A DNA stretch of 64,000 nucleotides from assembly GCF_009914755.1 (NCBI RefSeq), contig NC_060944.1, one strand, 5' to 3'. Shown here piece by piece: positions 45,565-64,000 of this stretch (within the stretch, counting starts at the first letter, position 1; each line of letters starts with the position of its first letter). This DNA comes from the human T2T-CHM13v2.0 reference genome, Homo sapiens. The notes under the pieces are model-generated. The model was not told where the DNA came from. It did no database searches and saw only the letters and a list, made by a program, of their open reading frames with translations. A program made the translations under genes and the position numbers.

Positions 45565-46296
45565 GTTGGAACACTTCACAGTGCTTGTCTTACACAGTCC
45601 AGCCTAAGCAAAGGCAAGCTCAAGACAGGATCCTCCAGACACCACAGCAAAACTCCATGTGTTCCGTTGTGTTGGGACCGGAGGTGGGGGCTTCTCCAGC
45701 CATACTCGCAAGAAACGTGTCCTCTCCACAGTTACCAAGGAAAGCTTTCTCTATCTCACAGCTCCTAGGAAGATTATAGGGAGAGATGGCACAAAACTTA
45801 AGCACCAGCTCACCAAGAACATACTGTAAAGCATTCTGTGTGTGTGCGTGTAAACACGCAAGAACCACGCTAAACACTTTTGCTGCCTGTACTTCCTTTA
45901 TTCCTCGTGACAGCCCTGTGAGGTAACATCACCCCACTTTACAGAAAGGAGATTGAGGACCAGGGAGTTCGATAATAACAAATATGTGGCAAAACAGGGA
46001 TTTGAAACCCCGGGCCAAGTGCAAGCTGGAACTGGAATCGGGCCCTCTGTGAGAAGGGAGCCTGAGGCAAGGCCCCAATTTGCACTGCAGTGGTGATTGG
46101 AGGACTAATGAGAAGTGTGTGGCCTGCGGGCCATAGGGGTCAGGGGGTGGTGGCCTTTGGAACTCTTGCCCACTGAACTGTGGTGAGCAATTCCAAGTTG
46201 TCTCTGGGCCAAATAGAGAAGGAGGATGGAAGATTTCAATTCTGCCAAAAAGAACCATGAACACCAGACCCGCAATCAGTAGGAGTACCCGCGGGG

Positions 46297-46480
46297 CCCT
46301 CTGCTCTCTCTATCTAGCCTTCCGTTGGCACTCCAGTGCACCCCCTCTGCTCTCCCTGTCTAGCCCTCCGTTGGCACTCCAGTGCACCCCCTCTGCTCTC
46401 CCTGTCTAGCCCTCCGTTGGCACTCCAGTGCACCCCCTCTGCTCTCCCTATCTAGCCTTCCCTTGGCACTCCAGTGCACC
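46297..46480. repeat. 46-bp minisatellite, 4 copies
   Basis: Unit CCCCCTCTGCTCTCCCTGTCTAGCCCTCCGTTGGCACTCCAGTGCA starting at ~46297 (partial), 46341, 46387 and 46433. Confidence 0.95.
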
Positions 46481-47159
46481 TTGGCTTCATGCCCAGGGCC
46501 CCACCCAACACTGAGGGCATTGCCTTTTCCTTTGTCGCCCCCACTTTGTCTACAAGGAGGAAACCACAGCCAGAGGGAGTGCAGGCCTCACTGGAGCTTC
46601 AGGCCTCTCCCTATTTAACACCCCTAGGGCCGACCATGCTTTTAGAAAGACAGTGAGAGACTCAGGGCCTGAGAAGGTATTTCTTTTTTTCCTTTTCCTA
46701 CCTGACTTGTAAATGAAAGTTTGTGAAAGTCCTTCAAGGAGATATAAGTCAAATGGTAAAATAACTATCATGCTCGCCATTCATTATGTGGGTCAAGAAT
46801 TTGGACAGGTTGTAACAGGGATGGTTTGTGTCTGTTTCATAGTGTCTGAGGCATCAGCTGGAAGACTAAAAGGTTGACAGCTAGGGGCTGAAATCATGTG
46901 AAAGCTTGCTAACTCACACACTTGGTGAGTGACGCTGGTTCTTCACTGGGACCTTAGCTGGGGTGGTCTGCCAGAACACCTGCAACATGGTGGCTGGGTC
47001 CCAAGGACAAGCATCCCAAGAGGGTGCCAGGTAGAATCTGGACTGCCTTCCTAACCTAGATTTGGAAGTTACGTGGTGTCACATCTGCTAGAGTATTTGT
47101 CACAGCAGTAATACAGGCCCACCCCACCAATTTCAAGGGGAAATAGACTCCACCTCTTT

Positions 47160-49277
<2,118 letters not shown>

Positions 49278-50871
49278 TTACTTCACCTTTCTATCTTATT
49301 GCCTTGCTTTATTTTCATTTCAGCATTTAGGAAATTTTCTTGTTCTTTTGTTTATTGTCTGTGTTCCTATCCAGAATGTAAGCTCCTGAGAGCAGAGGCC
49401 TCTTCTGTCCTCTTCTGTCTTATTCCCTGCTGTGTCCAGCACATGGTCTGCACTCAATAAGTATTTGTTGCGAGAATGACTCATTGTTCCATTTACTAGA
49501 AGGGGAAAGGAGGCCCCGAGAGGGGAAATGACTTGCCTAAAGAAACAGGAGTCCTTTCCCCCCATCCTCCAGCTCTCCTGATCCTCTCCTTTGCTCATAA
49601 ACCCTGTGACTGTTGGGGCACCTGTGGGGTGGCTGCGAAATGCCTACCTGTAGGTATGTGCTCCTGTGGGTTGGGACTAATGCAGGACTAGGAGTAGGAG
49701 GGCTCTGCAGTCCCCCATTTGGGTAGGCTTGGGCACAGGAAACTGCCTCCTTTCCCTTCCTCAGTTCTCTTCTCTTCCAGGATAACCCTTTACTCTGTGA
49801 TGATGATGGGCGAGGGAGCTCAGGACACTCTGGGAGCCAAGTAGGATGGAGGGCTGGGCAGGTCTCTACAGGCAGGCAGCTGAGGAGGGGGCTCTGTCTT
49901 CTTCCAATGGAAACAGCATCTGTGTGGTTGCTGAGCTGAACCCTCCTTCCCAGGGTCTCCAGGGTCTGTAGTTCTCCTTGGTCTGTAGTTCTGTCACCCC
50001 TGTGCACACCCCACAAATGCTTTGACCATAGTGCAGCTGTCTCATGGGGAGAGAAAGAACTTTCATTTCCTGAGAATGGGTTACTTGCCAAGCTGAACAT
50101 GCCTAATTCTCAATACAGCCCTGGGAAGTTCCAGGAAGAGTTGCAGAGGGAGGCTCAGGTCACCCAGCACATGGTGGGGCTGGAAACCCCGGGCTCTTTG
50201 ACTACCACGCCCAACAACAATTTTTCCAAGTGTGGTCATATCCAAAAGGGGTCCTTCAGATAATCTCAAAGATGAACACTTACTGCAATCACTATTTCAG
50301 TTATATTAAAAATATAAGTAGCATGTCAACCCCTTCTAGGGTAATACAAATAAAAAGTAAAAAAAAACTAATCAACAAAAAGAAACATATTAAGAAATAA
50401 TAGTGTAAATTAGATATAAGGCAAAAGTAAGCTGGTGGGGTTTGGTTCTAGAGCATAGGGCTGCTATCCCAGCTACTGAGGTACCTCCTGCGTTTGCAGT
50501 CATTACTTGTTAGGGGTTTTCACACTTTGACTTCCTGCTTTTCACTTTTCCATTCGGTGTTGCGGGATAGATTGAGTTTGGACTTAAGGGGATATGTGAA
50601 TGTTGGGCGTGGGGAAGGATCCACCCTCACTGGGGTCTGAGCGTTAGGAGAGTAGGCGTGTGGACTCTGGGCCTTTGGGCTGGAGTGTCTATTGGTCAGA
50701 GGTGTCGGGTTCGGCCATTTCACCCTCACCTCTAGGCTGGCCCTGCTGAGAGGGAGAGAGAGTCACAACTCCCACTCAAGGAGAGACTTCCCTGCTGGGG
50801 AGGGGACGGCCTGAGGCCCGCCCCACCCATATTCCCAGGCCCTGGCTCTGGTTAGCATGGACTAACTTATT

Positions 50872-51085
50872 CCACAATACGGAGGAGTGGGGCACAGAGT
50901 CCCTAACTGGCGCCCCAACAGAAGGCGGTGGTGGGGACCGGAGATGGTAGGACTGGAGATGGTAGGGGCTGCTGATGTGAGCCCACAATACGGAGGAGTG
51001 GGGCACAGAGTCCCTAACTGGCGCCCCAACAGAAGGCGGTGGTGGGGACCGGAGATGGTAGGACTGGAGATGGTGGGGGCTGCTG
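50872..51085. repeat. 111-bp-period tandem duplication
   Basis: 50872-50974 vs 50983-51085, one mismatch (50964 A vs 51075 G). Confidence 0.95.
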
Positions 51086-51099
51086 GGAGCCCCTTTTGC

Positions 51100-53050
51100 G
51101 CCGCAGTGTTTCCTGCCATGAAGAGTTGCCGCCGGTCACAACCCTTCCCCGGGGGCGCCCCGAATGTGGGACTCCTTCCGGCCTGGGGTGCGTGAGGGGG
51201 ACTCAGGGGTTGCCCGGTCTGGAGGAGAGACTCGCCGCCACCTACCCCGGGAACCGCAGACTCTGGGTCTGGGATAAAGCGTCCCCTACCCGCAAGCTCG
51301 GTTTGTGCGCTACTGTGCAATCTGTCTTTTGCCTGCAGACGCCCAGCCGCTCGCCCTGCGCGGGTCTCGGAATGTCCAGGGGTCCCTACTGGGGATCACA
51401 ACCCGGCGAAATGTCGCATTTGCCACCACCTATCTCGACTGCGTAATCGGCTTTCAGCCGCAGACGCTCAGGTCCTGCAGCACCCGCGGGGATCCGTGTA
51501 GGAACCTGCTGCCGCTGGATGGACTGAGCGATTGCTTCGCGGGTGTCACGCACCAGACGCCGTGCCGGGAGCGCCGGGAAGGGGGTACGCGCCCCAACCC
51601 CGGCCGGGGGAGGGCGCACTCTGGCTCCTCTCTGCGTTTTGAGCCTCCCCTCCCCCGCCAGGCGTATCGCAAAAGGCACCTCCATCGCAGAGCACCATGT
51701 GTTGTGCTTCTACTCAGCTCGGTGGCGAGCGGGGCCCCAGCATGCGCATCTGGAAAGCGGGGGAGATTACCCTGGAGCTCGGGTGGGGACGGCGTGGGCT
51801 GACTTGATATAAGACGACACCCACGGAGCCAGATCCGTTCTAGGGACTTGGCAGGTTCCTCTCCCTCCCCAGTGAGATCCGTCGTTCTTTGCAGCAATTA
51901 GGGGAGGGAAAAAAAAGACCCACAGTATCACGTTTGGAGAGGGTTAGGAAGATGGCTCTCGAGTTGCAGGCCGCCCTGGTGGCTAGACATTGGTGTAGTT
52001 TGTGCCTGGCCTCGGTTTCCTGATCTGTAAACTGGGAAGAAGGCCCAAGTCATGAGGCCTGTGACTGTAGAATGGCTGAAGGCACTGGTGCACTCGCAGC
52101 CGGTCCTTCCGGGGTCCAGCTTCCCGAAGGACTGGGCAGCCCCGGGGCGAACCCCTCTGGAGCTACCAGGAGAACGTGCGACCGGGTTCGGCGCCCCAGC
52201 CGGCAAGTGAGCGCCCAGCGGAGCGCAAGGGCGGGGCCCGCGCGGGCCGGAGACGCCCGTTCGCTGTCGGCCAACCAGCGCCTGTCTCTGAACAGCCAAT
52301 GAACACGCGCCTTACAGCCAAGGCCGGGTCGGGAGCGAGGCTGCGGCGAGTGCGGCGCTGACAGAGACGCGCGCGCGCGCGATCGCGCTCGGACCACGGC
52401 CGCTGCCGCCATCACTGTCGCCCGCCCAGTCGCCCCTCAGCCGCTTCCCCTCGCCATGGAGGCGAGGCCGCCGCCGCCGCCGCGGGGCTCGGAGCCGCGG
52501 GCCGGGCGGCGGCCCTGAGGGCTAGTGGCGGCCCGAAACGCCGCCGCGGAGCCGAGGCGGAGCCGCTGTCCTCGTCCCCAGCGGTCCCGCCCAACGCCCG
52601 ACTCTGTGAGTGTTCGCGGCCGCTGCGCCCGGGTGGGCTCCGGAAGGGGGAGCGGCTCCCGGGGGCGGTGGGAGGGGTCCCGGGCCACAGCCCAGAGCCC
52701 GGAGCCCGAAGCCCTAAGCCATCTTTTCCGGGTAGAAGCCTGCGGGCGCCTGCAGGTTGATTGTGCATCCTTGCGGGTCCGTCGCGGGGAGGGGGTCCCC
52801 GGAAACGTGCCGGCCCGAGTGCCGACCCCTCGCGACTGCCCAGGAACTTTGCATGCGTCCTTCTGGGACCAGGCCAGGGCACTGCCAGAGTTGATTCTCA
52901 GAGAAGAAACTTAGAACGGCGAGAACAGAATTTGCTCAGGTCCATTTAATGGGAGGAAAGAGGAAAACTCTTGGCATGAGAAAATTTGCTTTTGCAGTGA
53001 CCAACTTTTCTTTCCCTTCAAGTCCACCTCCCTCGGTCCCCCGGCCCGTC
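51100..53050 (+). promoter_or_regulatory. PTPRA: CpG-island promoter of PTPRA
   Basis: CpG-dense. GC box ~52228-52236, CCAAT 52297-52301, (CG)7 tract 52368-52381. Gene identity from recognised sequence and known synteny. Confidence 0.8.
52330..52605 (+). other. PTPRA: PTPRA non-coding first exon (5' UTR); coding exons lie beyond the window
   Basis: Consensus donor CT|GTGAGT at 52606, followed by >11 kb of repeat-rich intron. TSS approximate. Confidence 0.78.
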
Positions 53051-56000
53051 TCCCAGGCCCCTCTCCTTGCCGCCCTCTCCCAACTGTTGAGGCTGTTTAA
53101 GAAGGGAAATAAGGGCTGAGAGCTGCCCAGAATTCAGAATAGGCCAATTGAGAACGCAGGTCCCCTCCCTTTTTACTTTCGGTAAATAAAAAATTTTTTT
53201 TGAAAAAATTAGTTACTAATTATATCTCCTGAAGATTAAAAAAAAAAAATAGCAGAGCAGAGTCCTGTCTTGAGGGTTTCGTTTTTATTTTTGAGATCAC
53301 TGATGATATTTGTAAGACAGGAAAAGAAGAATGTGCAAATCCACCCTCTGCAGGGTGAACGCCATCAGAAGCCTTTGCTCAGGAGAGGGATTCCGGCTCT
53401 AGAACCAGTCCACATCACCCTGGAGATGGCTTCGTTTGCCACCTGCTAGCTGTGCAGGCAGCCTGAGAAACAGAAGATGGTGGGCGAGAGGAGGACTGAC
53501 TAGGAAAGGGCGAACATCTTCCTGCCTGGCCACTCCTTTCAGAAACAGATCTGATGCTGTCACTTGTTTACTTAAAAACTCCCTCGCTTTTCTTTTTCCC
53601 ATGGGATGAATGAAGCCTAAAATGCCTTATCAGGTCATACAAAGCCCTTGACAATCTTGCCTCAATTTACTCCTTTACTTTTAGCCTAATCGGATCCTCC
53701 AATTCTCCTTCCCCTCATCCCGCTTGCTGGCTAGTATTCAGAGCTGCTTGACTGCCCCCTCACATGTTGGGATGTTTTTGTTTTATGTGATCCTCTTTCT
53801 TCCCCACCTTTACCTGCCAAGCTCCACTTTTTCTTTTAAAGTTCTTCTCATTTGAGAAGCTTCTTGCGGGCAGGAGCTGTGTCTTGCCCACCTTTCTATC
53901 TCCCGTGGTGGGAGAATCCTCCAAGTTGTCTTGTAGATTCTTTCCAATCTCTTCTCTCTTATGCCTAGGCTCTGTTTATTTCCCGGTATCCACTTCCCAA
54001 GAGATTTTTTCGTGTTTTGAAGGCCTGCTTGGAGTACATGTCCAGGACTTTTAGTATTTCTGATTCCCGGCTTCCCCATGTCCATCCCACCCAGCCCCCA
54101 TAAGCAGTCAGCAGGTGGGAACTGGTAGGTCCCATATCCCACTGGCCTCCAAAAAACTGTCTCTGAAAGACTAAAAGCCCTTCAGTCTCTTTTCACCTCT
54201 GCCTGCTCAAAGTGACCTGGCTGATACCGTGCATTGTAAGGCATGGTGGGATCCCGGGGCCTGTTCTCTGTTTAGCCACTTAACATCTGGGTGAAATACA
54301 GAACCAGAAAAACCACCCCTCTGACTTCAGTACATTCATGTGTCTTCCCTTTGCCAGGTGAATTGCTTGGGATACAAAAGTGAGGAAGTCAGTCCTTAAC
54401 CTTTGAGGAACTCAGAGTCTAATGTAGGACAGGTGGATATAAATACATCACAGGTGCTATAAGATTGTGATAATAATAATAGCTATTTTTTATTTGCCTT
54501 GTGACAAGCTATGTAATGTTTTCCATGAATTCCCTCAGTCTTTTCAACAGTCATAAAAGGGCTTATTCCTACTCTACAGGGTTGGAAACTGAGGCCAAAC
54601 AGTGGGCAAATGAGGGAATAGTCAAGATTTGAATTTTGGCCGTGTATTTGCAGAGCCTCTGCCAGGCTGTGTAGGGAGCATCCCCTGCCTGGGTGATTTG
54701 GGAAAGCTTTCCTGGGACGGGGGGGCCTTCGGATCATGAAGGATGCATAGGAGTTTGCGCGTGGTGGACTGCACACATAGGCAAGAGGGAGCAGCACAAG
54801 CAAACTTGGTGGTGGAAGGAATCCACTGTCCTTGGGGAGGAGGGAAGAGGTTAATCATAGCTGGATCAGGTAAGGACAATGGAGAGCTACTAGAGGATTT
54901 AAAGGAGGTCAGGGACTTGGGCTGAAAGAATTTTGGAAAGATCATTTGGGGGCAATATAGGGCCAAATGCAGATGCCCCTGCAATATAGGAGGCACTGGT
55001 TGGGTCTGACAGAGGTAGAGTCACAGCCTCTTAGACCCAGAGGAAGGTGTAGAGAGAATCCTGCTCAATTTTGGGAAAAGATAATTAATGCAGATGAGAG
55101 AAAAATTCAAAAGTTCTAGCAATACAAAAGAGTATATAGAGAAAAATGTCCCTCCTACCCTGGCCCCAAGTCTCCTGTCTCCCTAACCTCCTCCCCAGAG
55201 ATGGCTGAAGTTTTCAGTTTATATGGCCTTCCATAGACACTGTTGCTTTATAAATATGTGCCTGCTTATCCATACTCCTCCCACCATGGGACGTACCACT
55301 CACACCTTACTGGGTTTTTTTACTTAACATATTTAGGAAATCATTCTATTATCAACATATATAGAGAGTTATTTGTTCTTTCTGTTGACATGCTTTTACT
55401 TATTTAGTTGTATGGCTGTACTGTAACATCTTTGGGTTAAATATTTGTTTCCAGGTTCTTCTCTTACAGCAATGAATGTCCTTGTACATACTGTGTTATG
55501 TGCTCATTTGCAAAGTTATCTGAACAATATGCTTTTAGAAGTAGAATTACTGGGTCAAGGGATATGTCTGCATTTTTGATTTGCAGACATGGAGCCAAAC
55601 TGCCACCCGTTTCTGGGGGGTTGTACCAATTTATCCTCTCCCCCAAAGTGTATAGCTGGATAGATGATCTTTGGAGAATTCAGGAGGATCAACTACGATG
55701 CTTTTTCAGCTATTATATGCCTACTTTTCCTCCACAAATCCTCCCCCACCCTATGCGATTCTAGCCAGTTTCTTTGAATTTACAGAGGGAGATGTTGAGG
55801 CTCAGAAGGATAAAAGTAACTTGTGCAGGATGATCAGTGCGGGTGGTGGTGGGTGTTTTGTTTTGTATTTTTGCACCCCTCATGTTTGTATTTGCCAGCA
55901 CCTTTCATTGGAGGTGCTCAGTGTCAGTTTGTAAACATTATTGCATTATTTTTCTCCATTTTCACATGGAAAAAAATGAGATGCAGGGGAAGTTTGAGTT

Positions 56001-56089
56001 ATGAGAGGGAAACTGGCCAAATATAGAATCTTGTCATTTTACTTCCAGTGCAATAATAAATGTTTCCAAATGACAAAGCTGAAGAGATG

Positions 56090-62200
<6,111 letters not shown>

Positions 62201-62216
62201 TAGAAAGAAATGTGCA

Positions 62217-64000
<1,784 letters not shown>

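Noticed and set aside
46297-46480. 46-bp repeats with a small hairpin as a possible CRISPR array
   Set aside because: Head-to-tail tandem units without spacers, so a minisatellite.
50908-50925. TGGCGCCCCAACA as a tRNA-Lys retroviral primer-binding site
   Set aside because: Only a partial match, with no adjacent LTR or gag sequence.
50776-52949. 100-165 aa ORFs in the PTPRA CpG island (and similar ones at 18.7-19.7 kb)
   Set aside because: Expected stop-codon depletion in GC-rich DNA, with overlapping frames on both strands and no recognisable domains.

Overview
Primate (almost certainly human, chr20p13) genomic DNA containing three protein-coding loci. PCED1A (minus strand, 7 coding exons, 1365 nt, 454 aa, SGNH/PC-esterase-like) and VPS16 (plus strand, 24 coding exons, 2520 nt, 839 aa, HOPS/CORVET subunit) share a head-to-head CpG-island promoter at about 18.8-20.0 kb. 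A second CpG island at about 51.1-53.0 kb carries what I recognise as the non-coding first exon of PTPRA. Both complete CDSs were rebuilt by hand and join in frame. The rest is mostly transposon-derived: a full-length SVA with a perfect 15-bp TSD and a ~690-bp hexamer head, a full-length Tigger1 split by five Alus, L1, ERVL, hAT-Charlie and MER remnants, and roughly 45-50 Alus. Most ORFs in the supplied track are Alu, SVA or CpG-island artefacts. The strongest observations are: two U12-type introns plus a GC-AG intron in VPS16; a PCED1A acceptor where a G-quadruplex-like tract replaces the polypyrimidine tract and competes with an in-frame internal acceptor; a CLEAR/ETS bidirectional promoter linking an orphan esterase to VPS16; the expanded SVA hexamer and an A>G cluster in its SINE-R; a palindromic microsatellite array; a strong-Kozak uORF in PTPRA exon 1; and a splice donor overlapping the VPS16 stop codon. 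I cannot show that any of these is a new biological system. They are testable hypotheses.
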